The translations under genes and the position numbers were made by a program. Below the pieces are notes generated by a model. That model was not told the origin of the DNA. It did no database searches and saw only the letters and a list, made by a program, of their open reading frames with translations. DNA of 64,000 nt from an uncultured virus (IMG/VR IMGVR_UViG_3300022660_003376) (lineage: Duplodnaviria; Heunggongvirae; Uroviricota; Caudoviricetes): the IMG/VR virus record IMGVR_UViG_3300022660_003376; one strand, given 5' to 3'. Positions 50,133 through 59,579 of this stretch are shown here, piece by piece; the stretch's first letter is position 1; every line of letters starts with the position of its first letter.

Positions 50133-51374
50133 ATGCTATACGTGAGTGATAAAATAAGTGATGATTTATTAGAAGTGACTGATTCTCATGAGAATGAGGG
50201 GAGACTTGTAAGTGTAAAGGATGCCTTTGCTCTAGGCACTAAGGTATATGGCTTACACTCTAACGGTACTGTTACAGTATACTCTAGCGTGCAAAAATTT
50301 CTTGATATGTACTGTATGAGACAAGCATTGTGTAACAATCTTGTATCTTATAAGCTAGATTATAGTGTACAAACAGGTTTAATTAGGATGCGTTCATGTT
50401 CGTTATCGGACAGTGCAGTACATGATTTGATTATACCAGACTTTGTAGATTATATATGTGGTCTTATTTTCGAGAATAAATTGAATTTGAGAAGTGTAGT
50501 AATACCTGAGTCAGTAAGTAGTATTGATTATGGTTGCTTTCGTGGATGCAGAAATTTAGAAAACGTTATAATAGAGGGTACTTCTGGTTCTGAGTTGGAT
50601 ATAGGTGAACATGCTTTTATGTGTTGTGAAAGGTTAAGAAATGTACGCTTACGAGAGGGTATACGTATCATCCCTACGAGTTGTTTTCATGGTTGTTCTA
50701 GTTTACGTGAGTTACAATTACCAGATTCATTAGTGCAGATAAATGATTCTGCATTTAGGAGTAGTGGTTTAGAAACAATAAGAATACCTGATTCTGTTAA
50801 GGCTGTGAGGGAAAGTGCTTTTATGTGGTGCGAGAATTTGAGATATGCCTACATTTCTGATGCAGTACAAGTCATAGATAGTTACTGTTTTGATGGGTGT
50901 ATTAGTTTAGAAGAGGTACACCTACCTAAGAATTTAAGAAAGCTTTATAGTTATGCTCTCGATAAGACTAGATTAAAGGAACTTTGGTTACCAGACACTG
51001 TAGAATTTGTATGTTCAAGTGATTTTACTTCTCCTGAGAGGTTATTATCACGTTTAAGATTATCTAAGGCATTGCTTGTAAAACAGGAACAATATGCTTT
51101 ATTCAATAATTGGTATGTTGATACTATATATTTACCTGAGGGCTTAGAGGAGTTAGATTTAAACTATATCTCTAATTGGCATTTTAAAGTGATACGATTT
51201 CCAAAGTCAGTTAAGTTAAAGAATGAGTCTGTTTTATGTTCAAGTGAGATAAATTATAATTTATATAGAAAATCAGATTTTATAGATAGAGTAGAGGTTT
51301 ATGAGGGTTCAGACGCACATATTAAGTTAAGTGCATTAGAGGAATTAAAAGATAAGCTAGAAATAATAAAGTAA
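50133..51374 (+). CDS. BspA-type LRR protein (B3, full length)
   Basis: Paralog with C-terminal cap EVYEGSDAH. Confidence 0.9.
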   Translation: MLYVSDKISDDLLEVTDSHENEGRLVSVKDAFALGTKVYGLHSNGTVTVYSSVQKFLDMYCMRQALCNNLVSYKLDYSVQTGLIRMRSCSLSDSAVHDLIIPDFVDYICGLIFENKLNLRSVVIPESVSSIDYGCFRGCRNLENVIIEGTSGSELDIGEHAFMCCERLRNVRLREGIRIIPTSCFHGCSSLRELQLPDSLVQINDSAFRSSGLETIRIPDSVKAVRESAFMWCENLRYAYISDAVQVIDSYCFDGCISLEEVHLPKNLRKLYSYALDKTRLKELWLPDTVEFVCSSDFTSPERLLSRLRLSKALLVKQEQYALFNNWYVDTIYLPEGLEELDLNYISNWHFKVIRFPKSVKLKNESVLCSSEINYNLYRKSDFIDRVEVYEGSDAHIKLSALEELKDKLEIIK

Positions 51375-51402
51375 TATATTTATTAACAGGAGGTTTAATA
51401 AT

Positions 51403-52257
51403 ATGCTATACGTGAGTGGTAAAATGAATGATGATTTAATAGAAGTGACTGATTCTTATGAGAAGAAGAAAAGATTTATAAATGTAGGGGACGCTCTTGC
51501 CAAAGGCACTAGGATATACGGTTTACATTCTAATGGCACTGTTAGGATATATTCTAGTATACAAAAGTTTCTTGATATGTACTGCATGAGACTGGCGTTA
51601 TGCAATAGTCCTGTATCTTATGAGTTAGGTTATGACACACAATCGGGCTTGATTATACTGCGTTCATGTTCGTTATCAGATAGTGCAATGCATGATTTGG
51701 TTATACCAGACTTTGTAGACTTTATATGTGGTTATGCTTTCGAGGAGAAATTAAATTTGAGAAGCGTAGTAATACCTAAGTCAGTAAGGAAAATTGGGCG
51801 TTCTTGTTTTCTTAGATGTGAAAACTTAGAAAGTGTTGTAATAGAGGGTACTTCTGACTCTGAGTTAGATATGGACTCTTACGTTTTTATGAGTTGCAGG
51901 AAGTTAAGAAACGTACATTTAGGGGATAGTGTACACACCATCCCTGTGAGTTGTTTTGATGAGTGTACCAGTTTACACGAGTTACAATTACCAGATTCAT
52001 TAGTATGTATAAAGGATTATGCATTTAGGTCTAGTGGTTTGGAGACAATAAGAATACCTGATTCCGTCAAGGTTGTGGGAGATGCATTTAGGGGTTGCAA
52101 GAATTTGAGATACGCATATATTCCTGATGCAATACAGAGCATAGAACAGAGTTGTTTTGATGGGTGTGATAACTTAGAATTAGAAGAGGAACACTCACCT
52201 AAGGGTTTAAGAAAGCTGGCTAGTCATGTTTTCAATAAGATTAGATTTAAAAATTAG
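51403..52257 (+). CDS. BspA-type LRR protein (B4, C-terminally truncated)
   Basis: Paralog; degraded LPDTVEFVG-coding DNA continues after the stop (52258-52288). Confidence 0.85.
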   Translation: MLYVSGKMNDDLIEVTDSYEKKKRFINVGDALAKGTRIYGLHSNGTVRIYSSIQKFLDMYCMRLALCNSPVSYELGYDTQSGLIILRSCSLSDSAMHDLVIPDFVDFICGYAFEEKLNLRSVVIPKSVRKIGRSCFLRCENLESVVIEGTSDSELDMDSYVFMSCRKLRNVHLGDSVHTIPVSCFDECTSLHELQLPDSLVCIKDYAFRSSGLETIRIPDSVKVVGDAFRGCKNLRYAYIPDAIQSIEQSCFDGCDNLELEEEHSPKGLRKLASHVFNKIRFKN

Positions 52258-52331
52258 GTTATCTGACACTGTAAACTTTGTGGGGTCAGTAGTTGTATTA
52301 GTTTATGCAAAAATTACATAAGGGGTTTAGT

Positions 52332-53552
52332 ATGTTATATGTGAGCGATAAAATAAGTGATGATTTATTGGAAGTGACTGATTCTTATGAGAAGACGACA
52401 AGACTTATAAGTGTAGGGGACGCTCTTAACCTAGGCACTAGGATATACGGTTTACATTCTAATGGTACTGTTACGATATATTCTAGTGTACAAAAGTTTC
52501 TCGATATGTATCATATGAGACAGGCATTGTGTAACAGTCTTGTATCCTATAAGCTAGACTACGACACGGAGTTAGGGTTAATTATAATGCGTTCATGTTC
52601 GTTATCAGATAGTGTGGTACACGATTTAACTATACCTGACTTTGTAGACAGTATAGATGATTACGTTTTCAGAATGAAGTCGACTTTGAGAAGTGTAGTA
52701 ATACCTGAGTCAGTAAAAATCATAGGGTATGTTTGTTTTCGTGAGTGTAGAAACTTAGAAAGTGTTGTAATGGAGGGTACTTCGGGTTCTGAGTTAGATA
52801 TAGGCGACCGTGCTTTTGCAGATTGTGAGAAGTTAAGAAATGTACATTTAAGAGAGGGTATACGCATCATCTCTGCATTTTGTTTTGATACCTGTACTAG
52901 TTTACATGAGTTACAGTTACCAGACTCATTAGTACAGATAAATGCTTATGCTTTTTGTAGGAGTGGCTTGGAGACGATAAGAATACACGATTCTGTCAAG
53001 ATTGTGAAGGATAGTGCATTTAATGCGTGCAAAAATTTGAGATACGCATACATTTCTGATGCAATACAGAGTATAGAACAAAGTTGTTTTAATGGGTGTG
53101 GCAACTTAGAAGAGGTGCATTTACCTAAGGATTTAAAAGAGATAGGTTATTTTGCTTTTAGGGGGACTAAATTGAAAGAGCTTTGGTTGCCAGATACTGT
53201 AGAATTTGTAGGGTCAAACAATTTCACTTCTCCTGAGATGTTATTGTCACGTTTAAGGTTATCTAAGGCATTGCCTGTAGAGCAAAGCCAATACTCTGTA
53301 TTTAATAGTTGGTATATTGATACTATATATTTACCTGAGGGTTTAGATGGGTTGGATTTAAACTACATCTCTGATTGGCATTTTAAAGCGATACGGTTTC
53401 CAAGCTCAGTTAAGTTGAGGAATGAGTCTGTTTTATGCTCAAGTAAGATATATCATAATTTATGTAGAATAGAAGTTTACGAAGGTTCGGATGCACATAT
53501 TAAGTTAAGTGCGTTAGAGGAGTTGCGAGATAAGTTAGAAATAATAAAGTAA
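52332..53552 (+). CDS. BspA-type LRR protein (B5, full length)
   Basis: Paralog with C-terminal cap EVYEGSDAH. Confidence 0.9.
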   Translation: MLYVSDKISDDLLEVTDSYEKTTRLISVGDALNLGTRIYGLHSNGTVTIYSSVQKFLDMYHMRQALCNSLVSYKLDYDTELGLIIMRSCSLSDSVVHDLTIPDFVDSIDDYVFRMKSTLRSVVIPESVKIIGYVCFRECRNLESVVMEGTSGSELDIGDRAFADCEKLRNVHLREGIRIISAFCFDTCTSLHELQLPDSLVQINAYAFCRSGLETIRIHDSVKIVKDSAFNACKNLRYAYISDAIQSIEQSCFNGCGNLEEVHLPKDLKEIGYFAFRGTKLKELWLPDTVEFVGSNNFTSPEMLLSRLRLSKALPVEQSQYSVFNSWYIDTIYLPEGLDGLDLNYISDWHFKAIRFPSSVKLRNESVLCSSKIYHNLCRIEVYEGSDAHIKLSALEELRDKLEIIK

Positions 53553-53584
53553 TTATTTATGTTATTTGAGGAGGGATGTTTGAT

Positions 53585-54451
53585 ATGTTGTTTGTGAGTG
53601 GTAAAATAAATGATGATTTATTAGAAGTGACTGATTCTTATGAGAAGACAACAAGACTTATAAGTATAAAGGATGCACTTACTCTAGGTACTAGGGTATA
53701 TGGTTTATATTCTAACGGTACTGTCATAATGTATTCTAGTGTACAGAAGTTTCTTAATATGTTTCACATGAGACAGGCATTATGTAACAGTCTTGCATCT
53801 TATGAGATAGATTATGACACACAATCAGGCTTAATTACAATGCGTTCATGTTTGTTATCAGATAGTATAACTCATGATTTGGCTATACCTGATTTTGTAG
53901 ATGTTATAGATGATTATGTTTTCAAGATGTGTTTGATTTTGAGAAGTGTAGTAATACCTGAGTCAGTAAGACGTATCGGGTGTGATTGCTTTGATGGTTG
54001 TAAAAACTTAGAAAGTGTTGTAATGGAGGGTACTTCGGGTTTTGAGTTAGATATAGGCGAATGTGCTTTTAGGGGTTGTGAGGCACTTGAACACGTGGGT
54101 ATTTCTAATGCTATAACACACTTAGGTAGTGGTTGTTTTAACTTTTGTTCATCTTTAGACAAAATACAATTACCTGATTCTGTGAAGACTATAGGAGAGT
54201 TTTGTTTTGGGGGTTGTTCGTCTTTACAGAGTGTAGTTTTGCCAAGTTTTATAGATTCCCTGCCGACTAAATGCTTTTACGGATGTGTATCGCTTGGAAG
54301 TATAGTCATACCTGATTCGGTTAAGGTTATAGGTGTTGAGTGCTTTAAGGGTTGTGTGAGTTTATCGAGTGTGCGATTATCAGATAATTTGAGAGAGATA
54401 GGTAGTAATGCTTTTAAGGGTTGCATTGTACGCATAAGGTCATTTGCTTAG
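53585..54451 (+). CDS. BspA-type LRR protein (B6, different C-terminal repeats)
   Basis: B-type up to ELDIGECAF, then LRRs that do not match B1-B5. Confidence 0.88.
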   Translation: MLFVSGKINDDLLEVTDSYEKTTRLISIKDALTLGTRVYGLYSNGTVIMYSSVQKFLNMFHMRQALCNSLASYEIDYDTQSGLITMRSCLLSDSITHDLAIPDFVDVIDDYVFKMCLILRSVVIPESVRRIGCDCFDGCKNLESVVMEGTSGFELDIGECAFRGCEALEHVGISNAITHLGSGCFNFCSSLDKIQLPDSVKTIGEFCFGGCSSLQSVVLPSFIDSLPTKCFYGCVSLGSIVIPDSVKVIGVECFKGCVSLSSVRLSDNLREIGSNAFKGCIVRIRSFA

Positions 54452-54595
54452 TCAATCAAGCAAATGTGGGTACTTGGATATACACAATACGGTAGAGAAT
54501 GAATTTCAAGACACAAACAAAAATAACAATGAATGTATGAAAACAATATATTAGACTTCAATAAAACGCATTACATTAAAATGAATATGGGTGGC

Positions 54596-54633
54596 ATGCC
54601 GAATATACGAGTTGATGTATATTCGGTGTTTTT
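54596..54633 (+). terminator. Intrinsic terminator after the LRR array
   Basis: ATGCCGAATATAC/GTATATTCGGTGT stem plus T-run. Confidence 0.75.
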
Positions 54634-54709
54634 ATGATATGTTGTGCGAACATGCTTAGATTTTGGTAAAGAGAGTAGTAAGAAACGAAAAACAATGGAG
54701 GTGTAAGAC

Positions 54710-55669
54710 ATGGGTAGTGAAGAATATAATAAATTACCTGAACTTCTGAGTGCATTTGAGAGTTACACTGAGAAGCATGATTACAAGGCTTGGGAGAGGG
54801 TAACTGATTTCATGTGTACTTTGTGTCAGTATGATAAAACATCTGGCAGTAATAGACTGTCAATGAGTGTTGAGAAATTGGTGACAGCTGATGATGCATT
54901 CTGGTCTGACTTTATACAGAGCAAATTAAAGCTAGAATTGGGTAGTTACGAGCCATTACCGAGAGTGCAGAAGGAGAGGCTCTTATTAGACTACATAATG
55001 TGGGTAGTTTACGTGGAAATACGAAATAAGGAGATGCCATATTATTGTTGTGAGATGACTCCGAAAATATTTAGAAACGCAAAGATAGGGTATTATCGCA
55101 GTGAAGAGGAACTTATAGAAGTATATAATCATTTATACGAAGAACTGGGTATTGCTGAGAAAAGCGATGATTTATTGGGTAGTCTATTAGAATTCCTAAA
55201 CAGGAACGCAGAATACTTACCTAAGTCACTCAGCTCCGATATAAGACACATGTATTTGAAGAGAACAGACCATCCTCTGTTAGTTAGGTACACTCAAAGC
55301 AATGACGCTAATTTTACGAGGGGTGATTTAGCGACAATTTTGGAAGATATATTAAAAGAATTGAGTCTTTATATTGTGAATGGGCTTACTGAGGATTTTA
55401 TAACGTATGTACTTATGAGTTGCAGGGCTGACAGCTTTAGTCCGATACTTATAACGGATTATTGTCTATCTAAGGTATATGCTTGGTTGGGTACTCAGCG
55501 TGATACCACAAAGAGACTGGCTGACATACTGATAGAAAGGGTATTTAGAAAGTCTACGCAAGAGAAAGACTATATAATGCTATCAGAGAGTATAGTAAAA
55601 CTGGGTAAGTTAGTGTTCAAAGGAAAGAAAGACTGGTGGAGGTGCTACGATAGTGAGCGTATCGAGTAA
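54710..55669 (+). CDS. Hypothetical protein
   Basis: GGAGG RBS; overlaps the next gene. Confidence 0.75.
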   Translation: MGSEEYNKLPELLSAFESYTEKHDYKAWERVTDFMCTLCQYDKTSGSNRLSMSVEKLVTADDAFWSDFIQSKLKLELGSYEPLPRVQKERLLLDYIMWVVYVEIRNKEMPYYCCEMTPKIFRNAKIGYYRSEEELIEVYNHLYEELGIAEKSDDLLGSLLEFLNRNAEYLPKSLSSDIRHMYLKRTDHPLLVRYTQSNDANFTRGDLATILEDILKELSLYIVNGLTEDFITYVLMSCRADSFSPILITDYCLSKVYAWLGTQRDTTKRLADILIERVFRKSTQEKDYIMLSESIVKLGKLVFKGKKDWWRCYDSERIE

Positions 55670-58600
55670 ATTTTTAGAGTCGTATGATTCTAAGGTGAGG
55701 GAAACATTATACACAAACTTTACGAGAGTGGTAGTTAGCAAGGGTTTTACGTTAGGCAAGGACTTGGACACATATGCTTTTTCGTTATATCAAATGATGT
55801 ATCCTGTTGATGTTTCAGACGGTGACACGGCAACGGCATTGAAAATAGCGAAAGAAACCGCTAGACAGCAGGACGAATTTAAAGTTTGCGAGTTTTTAGC
55901 GTTGGTTTACGTAAACAGTTATTATGGCTTGTCCAACTTAGACAGCATAACACAATTTGACGAAGGTAATCCGAATAAGTTTGGTTTTGCTGATGCTGTT
56001 AGTTCACTGTCGACACACTTAACACTATCGGGTATCCCACATTCAGCGACAAATGGTGCTGAGAAGAGTGCGTTACAGCGTTTGGCATCAATAGAGAGAC
56101 GTAGCGTATCTCCGAGTGACTACATAGAGAAGGTCTTAGATGACGGCTCACACTATTATGAGATAGACTTACAATTCGTATATAAGCTTTTCAACGAGAG
56201 AAGAGACGTAGAAGTAGATGATGAGTACGGCGGGGTTTACGAGGAAGTTTTCCTTGATACTGCTACACGACAGCTTAAGGGTATAAGAGAAGTATATGAA
56301 GCTCTGTTATCGGCAGCATTCGGTATCACACCATATGTAGGGATAGTTACATTCGATAAGACTGCACCTGTTGTAGGCTTAAAGGGTAGTGCATGCTACT
56401 CAAGAATAGAGCCGACTGCTGAGTTTACGAAAGTATACATTCCAGTGTTAAAGCAGGCGATGCTGAATTCGGTGTTACCTTGTGATGGTTTAAATGGAAA
56501 GCGTTATTCAACGAGGCAATTTGATAAGACAACAATCTATGAGGGGTATAACATTAACAGTGAGAAGCCTATATATTTTCCACACAAGATACTTGATTTG
56601 GCGATGTTAGCTGATGTAAACAACAGGACGCAGGCGTATGCATACAAGAAATGTTCGGGTGATGAAGCTAAGTCTTTGTCTAGGTATATGGACTATATAA
56701 TGAAGTTTTTCACTGATGACTTGAAGGAATACACAGTATACTGCTTTAAGAGATACATGCTTGCAAACTGCCCAGACGACAGTATAAAGGAGTTGGCTGA
56801 TAGTGGGCATCCTTTATATTCTGCGTTCTTCGATGAGATAAGGGCGAGAATGCATTACTATGCCACATGTGTAACAACAGTGTGTATTTTAACGCAGTTG
56901 GAGACAGAAAAGAAGAAGTTAGAATACATAACTAAGGAGAGCATATTGCTATTTAGATTTAAGGTAACATCCACAGGTGCTTTAATGTCAAACAAAGATT
57001 TCTGTAATGGGGTATCTCAGTTGAAATTCGGTTCTATATATGAAATGGGCAATCCGCCAATAACCGAATCTGGTTATATACCAGACTTTATGGGTTATAC
57101 GGATTATGCTTACACATTAGACGAGGAAAAAGTAAACTGTAGACCGCAATATGCATATAAGGTACTTGCAAAATTACAGGAGCAGGGTAATACAGTTGAC
57201 TGGTCGAATATACTTTTGGGTAAGTATGAAGACGGTAGTATATGCACTTCTGGGATGACAAGCAAGGTTAAGCTACAAGATGCTAAAACTACGTGGATAT
57301 TAGCAGGTTCACGTGCAGGTAAGGGTGTAATGAGTTATAACATATTTAGTACAGCCTTAGCGAGTGGAATACCGTTATTCTACATGGATAGAAAGCCAGA
57401 TACTTCTGTAGTATTGCGAGGTTTGGCGAGAAAACGTGGTGGTGGCGACTTATACTCAATAAACGGAGCACAGCGTGAGTTTTCTGTATATGACTTTGAG
57501 CATGTTTATGAACCGTCAGTACCTGTAAAAATGCCTAAGTATTTTGCAACAAAATTTAGTGAGAACGCAGAGTATGATATGGCATATCTCAGGGGTATCT
57601 TACTTGTTTACGCACTTGCTTCATTTATGGATGCATATAAGGCAGATGAAGCGGTAACGATAACTCCAGCGTATAAAAAGCTTGAGAGTCTATTAGAAGG
57701 CAAAACTTTAATGGTGGTATTGGATGAGTTTTCGAACTTCATGTCAGGGTTTGGTAACAAGCTAACGACAAGGGGTTTATTCGGGAGTGACGCACTCTCT
57801 AAGACAGGAATAAGTAAGACATATTCTAATATATGCTTGGATTTAACGAGTGTTAAGAAGGCATACGCTAGTGAATTACGTAAGTCGGAGGATAAACGTT
57901 CTCAAACAATGATACAGCAACTTGAGGAACAGGCGACAACTGCTATATCTATGATATCTGTCGATGATAAGACCAAGCTATTATTAGGTTTATACTTACG
58001 CCAGCTAGGTGAAGACTTGTTAAATGTATGTAATGAGAACGCAAACTTTGTACGTTCTTCGGGAAAGTACTCTATAAATTTCAAGTACTTCATTATAGGT
58101 CAAACAAATCCTGTAGCGTATGTACCTGTTAAGAAGAAGACGGATATAAAATTTGCGAATGGTTCTGGTGAGAAGGCTTGGAATATAACAAAAGACGAAG
58201 ATAAGAATACTGATATAAACCCATTATTAGAACTGATAGTACAGGGTAGGCAAGCATTTCTGATGGGGTACAATGACAGGGAGGGAAATTCTTTAGCTAG
58301 GTCAAAGTCCAGCAGTAAGGCGAGTTCATGGTTGACTGAGGCAAGAAGAGGGTTTGCGTATTATTCCTTGGAAGACGACAACATAAAGGAAACTTTCGCA
58401 AAAATAAAAGACTCAGACCCGTCTTGGGTAAATAAGAACTGGACATTTTTCAAGCCATTCTGCATATTAAACAATGCTGAGGAGCCAGATGATGAATTAA
58501 AGGTTTGGTCGGAAGACATAGCTAATAATTCTACGGCAGTAGAGGCGTTATGGGAGAAGAGACGATTCGCTAATAAGGGTAAGTTTGTAGCTCAGAGTTT

Positions 58601-59579
58601 ACATGTTGCCAATTTAGGTGGCATGACATGGGATGAGTTAGTTGCTGAGAATGATGATGGTACGGGTCATTTACATCAGGGTATCGGCTTCGAGGGGTAT
58701 TGTGCACAGATGGGTAGTGATACCTTATACAAGACACTCTCGTTGTCGGGTGAAATAATGGATGTTTTCGTAAAAGAGGTATTACAGTATCCAGACGGTT
58801 GGGAGAAATTTATACATGACTTTACGCCAGAAGCGATGTTCGACCATGAGATGGCGAAGGTTTGTTTATTAAATGGTAGGGAAGCAGGCGTTAGACATCA
58901 TTTAGCCAATACTTTCTTATCCCCACAGTTTACTATGTCAAAGACGGAGATAGGTTCAAAAGTGTTTACATTTGCGGATATAATGGGTGATACTCTTGAA
59001 ACGTTAATGCCGTACTATACTGACACTCATGATTCAACGGGTACTGGGGATATATCAGAAGATAACTTATTTAGCAGTAGTTATTCTAATGAAGACGTAT
59101 TCTCCAGTAGTAACAACGATGAAGACACATTCTCTAATAGTAACACTGATGCAGACATGTTTAGTCGTAGCAATTCCAACGAAGACGTATTCAAAAACAG
59201 TGATATAAGTGATGAAGAATTAAGTTCTGATTTTGATGATATGGAAATAGACGATTTCGAGGATGTTGACGATGAGGCTGTTCCAGAAACAACGCAATCC
59301 GAGCCTACAAAACAGCAAGACGGTACAATCATACCAATTTCAAAATCAAATACAACGGAAACACGTGAGGGTACTACATCAAACGCTGAGAAGTCAACGG
59401 GTAGGACACTAAGCGAGGGCGAGTTAAAGGCGATACGCCACGCATATACTCAGCAGGCATACATAATATACGATAGACTATGCATGCTTGATGAAGATTT
59501 AAAGGAACTTGACAGAGAGTTTTGTGTTCAAAGCTTAGTTGACATAGCTATACAGGAGGTGCTTGAAAATGGCATATAA
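55653..59579 (+). CDS. Large P-loop ATPase, FtsK/HerA/VirD4-like superfamily
   Basis: ILLGKYEDG, Walker A WILAGSRAGKG, FYMDRK, Walker B VVLDEF and IIGQ; long acidic tail. Confidence 0.65.
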   Translation: MSVSSKFLESYDSKVRETLYTNFTRVVVSKGFTLGKDLDTYAFSLYQMMYPVDVSDGDTATALKIAKETARQQDEFKVCEFLALVYVNSYYGLSNLDSITQFDEGNPNKFGFADAVSSLSTHLTLSGIPHSATNGAEKSALQRLASIERRSVSPSDYIEKVLDDGSHYYEIDLQFVYKLFNERRDVEVDDEYGGVYEEVFLDTATRQLKGIREVYEALLSAAFGITPYVGIVTFDKTAPVVGLKGSACYSRIEPTAEFTKVYIPVLKQAMLNSVLPCDGLNGKRYSTRQFDKTTIYEGYNINSEKPIYFPHKILDLAMLADVNNRTQAYAYKKCSGDEAKSLSRYMDYIMKFFTDDLKEYTVYCFKRYMLANCPDDSIKELADSGHPLYSAFFDEIRARMHYYATCVTTVCILTQLETEKKKLEYITKESILLFRFKVTSTGALMSNKDFCNGVSQLKFGSIYEMGNPPITESGYIPDFMGYTDYAYTLDEEKVNCRPQYAYKVLAKLQEQGNTVDWSNILLGKYEDGSICTSGMTSKVKLQDAKTTWILAGSRAGKGVMSYNIFSTALASGIPLFYMDRKPDTSVVLRGLARKRGGGDLYSINGAQREFSVYDFEHVYEPSVPVKMPKYFATKFSENAEYDMAYLRGILLVYALASFMDAYKADEAVTITPAYKKLESLLEGKTLMVVLDEFSNFMSGFGNKLTTRGLFGSDALSKTGISKTYSNICLDLTSVKKAYASELRKSEDKRSQTMIQQLEEQATTAISMISVDDKTKLLLGLYLRQLGEDLLNVCNENANFVRSSGKYSINFKYFIIGQTNPVAYVPVKKKTDIKFANGSGEKAWNITKDEDKNTDINPLLELIVQGRQAFLMGYNDREGNSLARSKSSSKASSWLTEARRGFAYYSLEDDNIKETFAKIKDSDPSWVNKNWTFFKPFCILNNAEEPDDELKVWSEDIANNSTAVEALWEKRRFANKGKFVAQSLHVANLGGMTWDELVAENDDGTGHLHQGIGFEGYCAQMGSDTLYKTLSLSGEIMDVFVKEVLQYPDGWEKFIHDFTPEAMFDHEMAKVCLLNGREAGVRHHLANTFLSPQFTMSKTEIGSKVFTFADIMGDTLETLMPYYTDTHDSTGTGDISEDNLFSSSYSNEDVFSSSNNDEDTFSNSNTDADMFSRSNSNEDVFKNSDISDEELSSDFDDMEIDDFEDVDDEAVPETTQSEPTKQQDGTIIPISKSNTTETREGTTSNAEKSTGRTLSEGELKAIRHAYTQQAYIIYDRLCMLDEDLKELDREFCVQSLVDIAIQEVLENGI
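59062..59200 (+). repeat. Degenerate 30-bp (10-aa) tandem repeat in the ATPase tail
   Basis: SSSYSNEDVF / SSSNNDEDTF / SNSNTDADMF / SRSNSNEDVF. Confidence 0.8.

Noticed and set aside
48027..54451. Diversity-generating retroelement as the source of LRR variation
   Set aside because: There is no reverse transcriptase in the window, and differences between paralogs involve all four bases across whole genes rather than adenine-specific changes in a template/variable pair.
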